DNA of 64,000 nucleotides from Parcubacteria group bacterium M10-OD1-1 (lineage in GTDB: Bacteria > Patescibacteriota > Minisyncoccia > Moranbacterales > UBA2206), in the NCBI GenBank assembly GCA_003056145.1, contig LSNL01000006.1, forward strand, positions 82,192 to 146,191. The letters run 5' to 3'. The notes beneath the pieces were generated by a model. It was not told the DNA's origin. It made no database searches and was given only the letters and a program-made list of their open reading frames with translations. Shown in pieces: positions 40,180 through 53,041 of the stretch. Numbering within the stretch: the stretch's first letter is position 1; every line of letters begins with the position of its first letter. The position numbers and the translations under genes are program-made.

Positions 40180-40208
40180 ATTATAACTTTTTTTATCATT
40201 TATCGCAA
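40180..40208 (-). promoter_or_regulatory. Sigma70 promoter of the HTH-FN3/fibre gene pair
   Basis: TTGCGA-17 bp-TATAAT. Confidence 0.7.
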
Positions 40209-40223
40209 GAACAAAATCAAAAG

Positions 40224-40232
40224 TTATCCACA
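40224..40232 (+). promoter_or_regulatory. Perfect DnaA box TTATCCACA
   Basis: Exact consensus just upstream of the -35 element. Confidence 0.5.
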
Positions 40233-40415
40233 GTTTTTAGCTAAAAAATAAACAATAAAATAATCTTTTCTTTCGTATCTTTTTTTAAAAAAATTACTTC
40301 ATTTTTAATTATTTATTTCGTTTTTAATCAAATATTTTACTACTTACTGGAAAAACTATTTTAAGTTTTTTGGAACTTAAAATAAAAGCCTTTTTTAAAG
40401 CCATTCCCTATTACA

Positions 40416-40427
40416 TTTGATATCAAA
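40416..40427. promoter_or_regulatory. Palindrome TTTGATATCAAA, copy 2 (candidate operator)
   Basis: Identical to copy 1, 270 bp away. Confidence 0.6.
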
Positions 40428-40467
40428 CATAGGCTTGTTTAAAGTCTTTTTTAGATTGAATTAAAAC

Positions 40468-40504
40468 AAAATAAAAACCTGAGAAAATTTCAAGTTTTTA
40501 TTTT
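40468..40504 (-). terminator. Terminator-like hairpin after gyrB
   Basis: Minus strand AAAATAAAAACTTGA-AATTTTC-TCAGGTTTTTATTTT. Confidence 0.55.
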
Positions 40505-40532
40505 TCTTATTTAATTGGACTAAAAAATATTT

Positions 40533-42563
<2,031 letters not shown>

Positions 42564-42590
42564 TTACTGAATAATTAAAATTTTTGCTGA

Positions 42591-42614
42591 GTTAGTTAGT
42601 TAGTTAGTTAGTTA
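42591..42614. repeat. (GTTA)6 tetranucleotide tandem repeat
   Basis: Six perfect units about 40 bp upstream of the gyrB start. Confidence 0.9.
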
Positions 42615-42664
42615 AGCTCCTGAAATTTTTCTTTAGATATTCTAATTACCTAATAAATTACTTG

Positions 42665-43036
42665 CTAACTCCTACTTAAAAAGAATAACTCTATTAAAAA
42701 AACTCCTCCGATTACTAAAAGAGCATCCCACCAAATTAGCATTCTAACACTTTGTAAAATTAAAATCCCTACAACTGAAATAGCCAGTAATATTCCTTGC
42801 CGAAAACTTAAACCAACACTAGTAACTGCCACTTCATTGCCTAAGAATTTTCTTCTTAAGAAAAGTAAGAGTAAATTAAACATTCCACTTAAAACAAAAA
42901 AAATCACTAGATAGAACAAAGCTACTCCTAGTAAGCCAGAACTTCTTGGATCAATATAAGCGATAACTATGCCTAAAAAAATAACCGATAAAAGGCTTAT
43001 TATACGTATTCCCCAAATATAAGCTTTCAAGGTCAT
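42665..43036 (-). CDS. Small 4-TM membrane protein (CPR-type)
   Basis: Hydrophobic segments and SFRQGILL motif. Confidence 0.8.
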   Translation of the reverse strand: MTLKAYIWGIRIISLLSVIFLGIVIAYIDPRSSGLLGVALFYLVIFFVLSGMFNLLLLFLRRKFLGNEVAVTSVGLSFRQGILLAISVVGILILQSVRMLIWWDALLVIGGVFLIELFFLSRS

Positions 43037-43170
43037 ATTATTCTATTAAATATAGTTGGCTTAAAAATTTTGAATTTAATTCCAATAATTGGTCTTTACT
43101 AATCAATTATAGCCTTTCTTAGCTAACCATGCAAGCATGTAATTGCTAATAAAATAATTATTCTCCCATT

Positions 43171-43203
43171 AAAAAATCCAGTCGTTTGAATCAACAACTG
43201 GAT
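43171..43203 (-). terminator. Intrinsic terminator
   Basis: Minus strand ATCCAGTTGTT-GATTCA-AACGACTGGAT followed by a T run. Confidence 0.8.
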
Positions 43204-43228
43204 AAAATTCTACTTCACCTCAATAATA

Positions 43229-43477
43229 TTAACATTGAAATATCCTTTTTAAGAATGGGATCTTTATTCTCCATTTTCCGCTCTGAACATCATTTGCCTT
43301 AAAAAGCAACAACCCCTTTGATGTATACACATCCACATTGATAGGGATGTCCATAGACTCAAACGAGACGAGTGACTCAATAATATACTGTAACTCTGTT
43401 TTCTGAGTAGAGTTTACTCTAATTGTTATATTTTTTCTTCTTCTGATAAAATCATTTCTGACCTGTCCCTTTTCCAT
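43229..43477 (-). CDS. Orphan hypothetical protein (82 aa)
   Basis: Strong SD GAGGAGGAG before ATG at 43477 (MEKGQ), with its own promoter and terminator. Confidence 0.7.
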   Translation of the reverse strand: MEKGQVRNDFIRRRKNITIRVNSTQKTELQYIIESLVSFESMDIPINVDVYTSKGLLLFKANDVQSGKWRIKIPFLKRIFQC

Positions 43478-43542
43478 AATTCTCCTCCTCATAATAATAT
43501 TTTTAAAAAACTTCTACTTTGTCCTTAAATTTTGGACTGCTT

Positions 43543-43571
43543 ATAATAGCTTCTTTCAATTTTTTTGTCAA
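43543..43571 (-). promoter_or_regulatory. Sigma70 promoter
   Basis: TTGACA-17 bp-TATTAT. Confidence 0.7.
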
Positions 43572-43641
43572 TACTTCACAATAAATCAGGAAAAGTTTTA
43601 TCTACAGCAAAAAATTTTTCTTTTATTTTTTTATAAAAACA

Positions 43642-43669
43642 GGATTGAGAAATAGTTATTTCTCAATCC
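43642..43669. terminator. Hairpin terminator between the two orphan genes
   Basis: ggattgagaaata/tatttctcaatcc inverted repeat with a T-rich tail on the minus strand. Confidence 0.75.
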
Positions 43670-43693
43670 AACATTTAAAATATTTGCATTTTA

Positions 43694-44278
43694 TTAAACA
43701 ACTTCTAGGCGAATAGACTCGCTTGATGAAGGATTAGAAGACGGAACATAACTTAGTGTTGCTCCACCTATAATAAAACTTTTTACTTTTTTAAGAGAAA
43801 CTTCCTGATGCCATTTTTTCCTCTTAATTCGAGAAAATCTTAGAAACTCATGACCATATTTCTTTAGCTTTATTTCTAAAATAAAAGGGAAGCTAAGGCT
43901 CAATGAAATCATAGAAATTATATAATAAAGCTCTCTCTCCCCAATCAAATAATTTGATTCACTATTAACTACTTTGAAATCTTCTCTCCATTGTCCACTG
44001 GAGATATCATCTTCTGTTAAAAATATAGGATCCTCTAAATCATTACCTAATAAAACCTCCACCGCCGAATGAAATCCAGAAGCTTCTAAAGAAGATAACA
44101 ATCTAAGAGTACACCTTTCATTTTCTTGAATACAAATAAACGGCGAACGAGTTTTTTCCTGTTTATCTCCCAAAGGAAACTCGATAGTTTTTGAAGAAAA
44201 TCCTGCTTTTCGTAATATTTTTTCTAACTCTGCCTTTCTCTCTTCCCAGCAACAACCATAAATTTGAATTTTTTTCAT
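43694..44278 (-). CDS. Orphan hypothetical protein (194 aa)
   Basis: SD AGGAG; shares a D(I/V)xSGxWR block with the downstream orphan. Confidence 0.7.
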   Translation of the reverse strand: MKKIQIYGCCWEERKAELEKILRKAGFSSKTIEFPLGDKQEKTRSPFICIQENERCTLRLLSSLEASGFHSAVEVLLGNDLEDPIFLTEDDISSGQWREDFKVVNSESNYLIGERELYYIISMISLSLSFPFILEIKLKKYGHEFLRFSRIKRKKWHQEVSLKKVKSFIIGGATLSYVPSSNPSSSESIRLEVV

Positions 44279-44355
44279 CTCAACTCTCCTGATAATAAAT
44301 TTTTATAATTTAGTTTCTCTTTGTTTCAAGAAACTAATTGACAAAGAACCACCTT

Positions 44356-44384
44356 ATTATGCATTCATTAAGCTATTTTGTCAA
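44356..44384 (-). promoter_or_regulatory. Sigma70 promoter
   Basis: TTGACA-17 bp-CATAAT. Confidence 0.7.
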
Positions 44385-44768
44385 CTTTTCTCAGACAAAG
44401 TTACAGAACCAAGCAATATAAAGCCATTCGTTTAAACTGCTTCTCCGATTAAATTTTATTTACCTTAACTGTAGAATTGCACACTTTACACAAAGTTTTT
44501 TGTATTCTAATAATAGATTAAAAAAATTAGACGAAATTAAAATCAAAAAAATTCGTCCATTATCACTCTTTTAATTTTAAATTACTAAGTTTCGGAAGTC
44601 CTCAAAAATATTATATTTTATAATTCTTGTAATAAATTATTTTCTGTAAAAATTTTGCTTTTAAAATTTATCTTCAATAGAACTTTGGCTGACAATTTCA
44701 GTAAAATTATAAGTGGACCGAAAATTCATAAACGACAGATTTTACACAAAAAGGACTGAAACCGTAAA

Positions 44769-44845
44769 TGGCGGGGACGAAGGGACTCGAACCCTCGACC
44801 TACTGCGTGACAGGCAGTCGCTCTAACCAGCTGAGCTACGCCCCC
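44769..44845 (-). tRNA. tRNA-Asp(GTC), CCA encoded
   Basis: GGGGGCGTAGCTCAG...ACTGC-CTGTCAC-GCAGT...CGTCCCCGCCA. Confidence 0.96.
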
Positions 44846-44932
44846 GTAAATATTATTTTAAACCTACTAGCTATTAAATTTAATAAAAAAAACGGACTAG
44901 CTATTAAAAAAATAAAGCAAATTATTTTTATG

Positions 44933-45006
44933 TACCAGGAGTGAGAATCGAACTCACGACCTCAGGCTTATGAGTCCTGCGCTCTAACCAACTGAGCTAT
45001 CCTGGC
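44933..45006 (-). tRNA. tRNA with CAT anticodon, probably elongator Met (Ile2 not excluded); CCA not encoded
   Basis: GCCAGGATAGCTCAG...CAGGA-CTCATAA-GCCTG...TCCTGGT-A. Confidence 0.85.
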
Positions 45007-45037
45007 TTATTAGTTACCTGGATTTTGACCTTATTTG

Positions 45038-45111
45038 TTGCGGGGGTTGGATTCGAACCAACGACCTGGTGGTTATGAGCCACCCGAGCTACCAGACTGC
45101 TCTACCCCGCT
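45038..45111 (-). tRNA. Initiator tRNA-fMet(CAT), non-canonical; CCA not encoded
   Basis: AGCGGGGTAGAGCAG...GGTAGCTC initiator-type D-arm, 1:72 mismatch, anticodon arm GGTGG-CTCATAA-CCACC. Confidence 0.9.
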
Positions 45112-45152
45112 ATGTTTTACATCTATAAAAACTATTTGCAATTGTAATTGTA

Positions 45153-45181
45153 ATTCTATTTCATTTTTCTCGGACTGTCAA
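45153..45181 (-). promoter_or_regulatory. Promoter of the tRNA cluster
   Basis: TTGACA-17 bp-TAGAAT. Confidence 0.75.
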
Positions 45182-45196
45182 TTTATTTTTTTCAAC

Positions 45197-45730
45197 TCAA
45201 TCCAAAACTTCAAACTCCTTTAAAAAACTTTCGTAATAACCAATAATTTCCTTTGCTTCTTTTTTGTCCACTTTAAAATCGTCCTCATGGATAACTCTAT
45301 TTCTCAATTGATGAGCCTTTCTTAGTTCTTCAATACTCTCAATTTGTCCTGGGTTTATTTTTGATAAACGGTCTTCTAAATTTTCTCCTTCATATTTCAT
45401 TCTTTTAACTAAATCATCAATAATATTATCAGCTTCAATGATAGCCACTTTATATAATGATTCGTTGTTCCCCTCAATCTTTTCTCTAATTTTAGACCAT
45501 TTTTTTCTTAATCTATTTTTATGAGTTGTCAGTTCAGCTGGAACATTCATCCCGATTAAAGTATCTCTCAAGTCACCACCTAAGCCTCTCTGAAAAAGTA
45601 AAAGAATTATATCTACAAAAAGCACCACTACATAAATACCCAAAATAAATTCTATCACTGAAAAAAAAGTTGAATTATAAAAATTCATAATATTTTTATC
45701 GAAGTTATTTAAAAAATTTAATAGTAACAT
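45197..45730 (-). CDS. Membrane-anchored protein with HEPN/DUF4145-like RNxxxH motif
   Basis: N-terminal TM, AIIEAD, AHQLRNRVIHE. Confidence 0.7.
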   Translation of the reverse strand: MLLLNFLNNFDKNIMNFYNSTFFSVIEFILGIYVVVLFVDIILLLFQRGLGGDLRDTLIGMNVPAELTTHKNRLRKKWSKIREKIEGNNESLYKVAIIEADNIIDDLVKRMKYEGENLEDRLSKINPGQIESIEELRKAHQLRNRVIHEDDFKVDKKEAKEIIGYYESFLKEFEVLD

Positions 45731-45759
45731 TTTTTAAAATTTAAGTTAGCTAGTTTTAA

Positions 45760-47223
45760 TTAATTATTTTTTCTAGTTTCCCAAGCATGAGCCACCTTCA
45801 ACAAGTTTTCTTCATCAAACCATTTTCCCATCAATTGAAAACCTATTGGCATTTTTTTATCCTCTACTTTTATTTTTCCTGCTGGAACCGAAATAGCGGG
45901 TAAACCAGCAATATTAGCAGTAATAGTGAAAATATCGGCTAAATACATCTCTAAAGGATCATGAGATTTTTCTCCTAACTTAAAAGCAGGAGTTGGAGTA
46001 GTAGGAGTTAAAATTAAATCAACTTTTTGAAAAGCCTTTTCAAAATCTTTTTTAATAAGAGTTCTGACTTTTTGAGCACGAAGATAATAGGCATCATAAT
46101 AGCCAGAGCTTAAAGCATAGGTTCCTAACATTATTCGCCTCTTAACTTCCTGCCCTAATCCATATTGACGAGTATCTAAATAAGTTTCCAATAATGTTTT
46201 AGGAAGATTACTGATATTTTCTAACTGAGTTTTTTCTTTATCATCCATTCGTAAGCCATATTTTATTCCATCAAAACGAGCCAGATTAGAGCTAGTTTCA
46301 CAAGGTTGAATTATATAATAAGTTGCTAAAGAATATTTAGCATAAGGCAATTCAATTTCTTGAATTTCAGCTCCCATTTTTTTATAATCTTCAATTACTT
46401 TTTCTATTTTTTTTCTGACTTCAGGATTCAAACCTTCAAAATATTCCTTTACCACTCCAATTTTTAATCCTTTAACTCCTCCTGTTAAATAATTTTCATA
46501 TTGCTTGCTAAAATCTGGAGATGAAGTAGCGTCCATAGTATTACTACCGGCAATAGCACTTAAAATTATAGCCGAGTCCTCTACTGTTTTAGTAATAGGA
46601 CCAATTTGATCAAAACTAGAAGCCATTGCTAGAAGCCCATAGCGAGAAACCCTTCCGTAAGTAGGTTTTAAACCAACTACTCCGCAAAACGAAGCTGGTT
46701 GACGAATTGATCCTCCAGTATCAGACCCTAGTGACCAAACAGCTTCATCACTAGCCACCGCAGCCGCTGAACCACCAGAAGAACCACCTGGCACTCTTTC
46801 TAAATCATAAGGATTTTTGGTCGCTCCATAAAAACTATTTTCAGTAGAGGAACCCATAGCGAACTCATCTAAATTCGTTTTGCCTAAAATAACAGCTTCT
46901 TGTTTGTTTAGTTTTGTAATTACTGTTGCATTATACGGAGCAATATAATTATCTAAAATTTTAGAAGCAGCTGTAGTTTTCACCCCTTTCATACAAATAA
47001 CATCTTTTATCGCCCCTGGTATTCCAGCTAATAAACCAATCTTTTCCCCTTTTTTCACTTTTTCATCCACTCTCTGAGCTTGACTCAAAGCTCCTTCTTT
47101 GATCAAAGTTAAATAAGCTATAATATCCTTGTCTTTTTTTTCAATGGTTTGAAAATATTTCTCAGTTAGTTGTACTGAGGTAATTTTTCCATTTATTATT
47201 TTTTCGTGTAATTCTCTAATCAA
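45760..47223 (-). CDS. gatA: Asp/Glu-tRNA amidotransferase subunit A
   Basis: GKTNLDEFAMGSSTE, PGGSSGGS, GSDTGGSIRQPA, SSNLARFDG. Confidence 0.97.
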   Translation of the reverse strand: MIRELHEKIINGKITSVQLTEKYFQTIEKKDKDIIAYLTLIKEGALSQAQRVDEKVKKGEKIGLLAGIPGAIKDVICMKGVKTTAASKILDNYIAPYNATVITKLNKQEAVILGKTNLDEFAMGSSTENSFYGATKNPYDLERVPGGSSGGSAAAVASDEAVWSLGSDTGGSIRQPASFCGVVGLKPTYGRVSRYGLLAMASSFDQIGPITKTVEDSAIILSAIAGSNTMDATSSPDFSKQYENYLTGGVKGLKIGVVKEYFEGLNPEVRKKIEKVIEDYKKMGAEIQEIELPYAKYSLATYYIIQPCETSSNLARFDGIKYGLRMDDKEKTQLENISNLPKTLLETYLDTRQYGLGQEVKRRIMLGTYALSSGYYDAYYLRAQKVRTLIKKDFEKAFQKVDLILTPTTPTPAFKLGEKSHDPLEMYLADIFTITANIAGLPAISVPAGKIKVEDKKMPIGFQLMGKWFDEENLLKVAHAWETRKNN

Positions 47224-47305
47224 GGTTTTAAATTTAAGGATTAAATATTGAATAAAAATTAAGTCATTGACTATTTTATTATTTTAGAAAATAACAATTT
47301 TGCTT

Positions 47306-47587
47306 TCATAAAACGCTTCTAACTTTATTATATTCATCTTTACTTTCTGGAAAAAGATTGATAATTTCTTTTTTATTAGGAAACTCATAATCTTTATCTT
47401 CTCTAACTATATTTTTTCTCCCAATAATATGAGCTGTCGGTTCTACTCCGTCGATATCTACTTCTTTCAATTGGTCTATCCATTCTAAAATATTAGATAA
47501 GTCCTGAGAAAAACTTTCTAGTTCATCCTCTGTCGCTCCTATTCTTGCTAAACTAGCGATATGTTGAACTTCTTTTTTAGTTATCAT
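47306..47587 (-). CDS. gatC: Asp/Glu-tRNA amidotransferase subunit C
   Basis: EVQHIASLARI...LKEVDIDGVEPT...RED, directly upstream of gatA. Confidence 0.92.
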   Translation of the reverse strand: MITKKEVQHIASLARIGATEDELESFSQDLSNILEWIDQLKEVDIDGVEPTAHIIGRKNIVREDKDYEFPNKKEIINLFPESKDEYNKVRSVL

Positions 47588-47609
47588 AATTTTTTAATTT
47601 TATTTTTAA

Positions 47610-49748
<2,139 letters not shown>

Positions 49749-49785
49749 CTATCTAAAATTTGATTTAAAAATTAAATAAAGTAAT

Positions 49786-50262
49786 TTAAGGAAAAACTAC
49801 TGCTGCGTCTACTGATCTTCTCATTTTTCCCATCAATCCAATAGATTTTATCCTCTTGATAGAAGTAAGTTCATTCCCAGTAGTAGAAATTAACGGCAAT
49901 CCATTGCAATCAATTTGGTTACCATCTATATCTAACAATTCTACTTGATAGTCAATTGTTTTAATTAAACCATTGCTTTGGCAGTCATTAAAATTAGCGA
50001 AAGTTCCTGAATTAATATTATAATAATTAGTAGAGATATCATACATCACTTTTTCCACCCCTGTATCAGCTGATTGAAATGCCTGGCTAGAAGTAACTGC
50101 ATTTAAAGCAACTTTTTTATTCGTCAAAGAAACTGATAGCATTCCTAACGTAGTAATTAAAATCGCTGATAAAATCAAAAGTGTTACTATCAACGCTGAC
50201 GCTTGCAGTTTAACTGTTTGAAAATTTTTATTTTTTTTCTTAGCTAAATTATTTTTTTTCAT
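49786..50262 (-). CDS. PilX-like minor pilin
   Basis: A|SALIVTLLIL N-terminal helix without Glu5, AFQSADTGVE. Confidence 0.75.
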   Translation of the reverse strand: MKKNNLAKKKNKNFQTVKLQASALIVTLLILSAILITTLGMLSVSLTNKKVALNAVTSSQAFQSADTGVEKVMYDISTNYYNINSGTFANFNDCQSNGLIKTIDYQVELLDIDGNQIDCNGLPLISTTGNELTSIKRIKSIGLMGKMRRSVDAAVVFP

Positions 50263-50279
50263 TTTTAATAATTTATTAT

Positions 50280-50837
50280 CTATTGAATTATGTCAAAATA
50301 GTCCCTAAAAGAAGCTGTTAACTGGAGATGATCAGTCCCATCTACTGTCATAATGACAGTCACCATCCCAATTTTATCAGTAGCTATATCGGTTTTTATT
50401 ACATTGAACTGTCCAGTAGTTTTTTTCATTATAGCAACATACGCACTATATGATACATCCGCTGGTTTACAAGATACACCACCAGAATTTAAATCATAAT
50501 AAGGAGTAGCTGTCGCCATCTGTAGTTCTTGATTATTATTATCAAATTTATATTCAATACAAATCTGTTGTGAAGCATTAAACATATAAACTCCCGTTTG
50601 ATCGCCAGCAATAATATAATCTAATTGATTACTCATTTTCATATTTTTAGCCATTAGTTCTAAAGAAGTAGTAGCTGATTCTAAATCTTGTTGTACTTTC
50701 TGAGATTTTTTTTCTACTAGAACTATACTAGAAAAAACTGAAATAGAAACTAACGTTATCAAAGAAAAAATGAAAATAGCTATTACCATTTCTATTAAAG
50801 AGAACCCTGGATATATTTTTTGTTTTTTATTTTTCAT
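50280..50837 (-). CDS. Type IV minor pilin (PilW-like)
   Basis: G|FSLIE class III signal. Confidence 0.85.
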   Translation of the reverse strand: MKNKKQKIYPGFSLIEMVIAIFIFSLITLVSISVFSSIVLVEKKSQKVQQDLESATTSLELMAKNMKMSNQLDYIIAGDQTGVYMFNASQQICIEYKFDNNNQELQMATATPYYDLNSGGVSCKPADVSYSAYVAIMKKTTGQFNVIKTDIATDKIGMVTVIMTVDGTDHLQLTASFRDYFDIIQ

Positions 50838-50870
50838 TGAAATAATTTAGCTAAAAATAATTTGTCTTTT

Positions 50871-51470
50871 TTAATTAAGAACCCATTTCGTTAGAGTAAC
50901 CTTTTCTAATACACACTGTTGACTGACTACGCAAGGGACTGGAAAAGTATTTCTTCCCCAAATAACTGCACTACTAATCTCTGCCTCATCAGCTGCAGTA
51001 CTATCACTAGCCAAAGAGCCATCTATTTTTAAATATTTAATCTCAATTTTTCTTCTGAAACTGGTGTCCAGTCCAGAATTATAATTATATATTTTTGATC
51101 CACTGTCATATTTTAGTAAAAAACTACTGTTACTGCATGACACAGAGGATGGTGAAGCAACATCAATTCTGCAATTTGTCTCGGAAGTACTAGGAAAAGG
51201 ACTATCAAAAGTATGTGAAGAATCTTTATTGTTTTGTGCCCAATTATTATCTCTAATATTTCTAATTAATTCAACTCCTTCTTGAGCTAAAAAGACTGCC
51301 TTAGTCTGTTTTCTATTCCCAAAAGTATTCTTAATATTTTTAGACATTAATTGTAAAACCGCCATCATCCCAACTAAAATGATGAAGGTTGCAATTACGC
51401 TTTCAATAAAAGAAAAACCCTGATACTTTTGATTTCTAATTTTTTTCTTCATTTGAAAAATTTTGATCAA
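50871..51470 (-). CDS. Type IV minor pilin (PilV-like)
   Basis: G|FSFIE, LAQEGVELIRNIRD. Confidence 0.85.
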   Translation of the reverse strand: MIKIFQMKKKIRNQKYQGFSFIESVIATFIILVGMMAVLQLMSKNIKNTFGNRKQTKAVFLAQEGVELIRNIRDNNWAQNNKDSSHTFDSPFPSTSETNCRIDVASPSSVSCSNSSFLLKYDSGSKIYNYNSGLDTSFRRKIEIKYLKIDGSLASDSTAADEAEISSAVIWGRNTFPVPCVVSQQCVLEKVTLTKWVLN

Positions 51471-52015
51471 TTATTAGTTATGAGCCCGCCAGTGTTAATA
51501 GTTATTTTTTTTTCTTGAATACCATTTTTAAAATCTAAAATCAGAGAAGAAGCTATAGGGCTAAAAGTAACATCCGCATTAGGAATACCAAAGTATATTT
51601 TAGCATCACCTGGGATCGGACTATTTAAAACTACCGCTTTTTTTAAGTTATATTGTTCCATTAAGGTTTCTGAAATTGTTGTATTACCGATTTGACATGC
51701 TCCAGCACCATTAACTGTGTCAGTATAATAAAATATTTCATATTGGGTAGTATTAATAAATTTAAAACCATATCCACATAAAGTTCCAGAATAACCTCCA
51801 TTTGGAATTATCCCCTGTAAAGAATAATTTTGAGCTTTTTTGATAACAGCTTTAACCTTTGATTGACTATTTTTCAAAGCTGAATTTTCTCTCAGAGAAG
51901 CTAGAATATTAAAAGATACGACCGCTAAAATAGAGATGATAGCAATAGACACCATCAATTCTAATAAGGTAAACCCTGAGCTAAAATTTATTTTTTTTAA
52001 AAAAATTCTATTCAT
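51467..52015 (-). CDS. Type IV minor pilin (FimT/GspH-like)
   Basis: G|FTLLE, C-terminal ITINTGGLI. Confidence 0.85.
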   Translation of the reverse strand: MNRIFLKKINFSSGFTLLELMVSIAIISILAVVSFNILASLRENSALKNSQSKVKAVIKKAQNYSLQGIIPNGGYSGTLCGYGFKFINTTQYEIFYYTDTVNGAGACQIGNTTISETLMEQYNLKKAVVLNSPIPGDAKIYFGIPNADVTFSPIASSLILDFKNGIQEKKITINTGGLITNN

Positions 52016-52022
52016 TATCTCT

Positions 52023-52850
52023 TTAAATATTCCAAAAAAGCCTTATGTACCATTGAATTATTGGGGCATAAAAAAACAATGTTATAAAAGTTCCTACAAC
52101 TAGGAAAGGAGCAAAGGGAATCTGACTTTTCATTTCTTTCTTTTTTAAACTAAGCATCACTATTCCATAAATAGCTCCGATAAAAAAAGCCAAAAAAAGA
52201 GCTAACACTATTTTAGGAAAACCTAGTAATAATCCCAGAAAAATTACTAAATAAGCATCACCCATTCCCATCCATTTTTCCTTAGAAAAAACTGATAGAG
52301 AAAAGAAGAAGAGAAAAGCCACTAAAGCCGCTAAAACACCTGAATAAATTTTCATATTCAATAAATTATTTGTTGTCATTCTTTGAATAATTACATTCTG
52401 ACTTAAAGAAGCCCAATCAAAATACAATCCAAAAACTATAGCTATAAAAATTGCTACCCAAAGAACAATAGCTGGAATTTCCAAATATAACCAATCATAA
52501 ACTAAAATTGTAATTAAAATACCGGTAGCAATAAAATAATAAAGGGTTAAGATCCAAGTAGAAAAATCATTAAAATTAAAAAACTTATAACCGATAAAAG
52601 CGAAAATTAAACCAGTAAAAATTTCTACTATGGGATATTGCCAAGATATTTTTTCTCGACAATCACGACAACGAGATTTTAACAAAAGAAAACTTAAAAC
52701 TGGGATATTATCATACCAACGGATTTGATGCTGACAATGAGGACATTTAGAACGATCCCAAATAAGTTCCTCTGCACTATGCACTCTATAAATTAAAACA
52801 TTTACAAAGCTTCCGATAATTAAACCTAGGACTAAAAAAATAAATATCAT
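52023..52850 (-). CDS. pilD: Prepilin peptidase
   Basis: GSFVNV, RSKCPHC, WYDNIP, CRDC, MGMGD, IPFAPFL. Confidence 0.95.
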   Translation of the reverse strand: MIFIFLVLGLIIGSFVNVLIYRVHSAEELIWDRSKCPHCQHQIRWYDNIPVLSFLLLKSRCRDCREKISWQYPIVEIFTGLIFAFIGYKFFNFNDFSTWILTLYYFIATGILITILVYDWLYLEIPAIVLWVAIFIAIVFGLYFDWASLSQNVIIQRMTTNNLLNMKIYSGVLAALVAFLFFFSLSVFSKEKWMGMGDAYLVIFLGLLLGFPKIVLALFLAFFIGAIYGIVMLSLKKKEMKSQIPFAPFLVVGTFITLFFYAPIIQWYIRLFWNI

Positions 52851-52907
52851 ACGGTTAGATTTTTCTAATTAATTTAGTTACAAAAAATGACATTAAAAAC
52901 TTTATCT

Positions 52908-52933
52908 GCCTGCGGTCATAAAAGACCGCAGGT
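52908..52933. other. GC-rich hairpin between pilA and pilD
   Basis: gcctgcggtc-ataaaa-gaccgcaggt with no immediate U tract in the sense direction. Confidence 0.65.
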
Positions 52934-53041
52934 AAAAAAATTTTCAACTTAGCTAAATCAAATAAATTTCTATTATGATTTTAGCTAAATATTTTTGAAA
53001 ACTTATTCGTCTTGTACAGCTAAGTAATATTCAACCTCAGA

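Noticed and set aside
40157-40532. Replication origin near gyrB
   Set aside because: Only one DnaA box, no dnaA/dnaN, and no switch in gene orientation or apparent skew
44385-44768. ~380-nt gap downstream of tRNA-Asp as an ncRNA or integrase remnant
   Set aside because: No ORF, tRNA 3'-end duplication or convincing structure could be identified by eye
44866-44908. 13-bp direct repeat actagctattaaa in the tRNA spacer
   Set aside because: Only two short AT-rich copies; not a CRISPR array or att pair, and most likely a local duplication
45035-45223. 62-aa + strand ORF
   Set aside because: It is antisense to the initiator tRNA and its promoter
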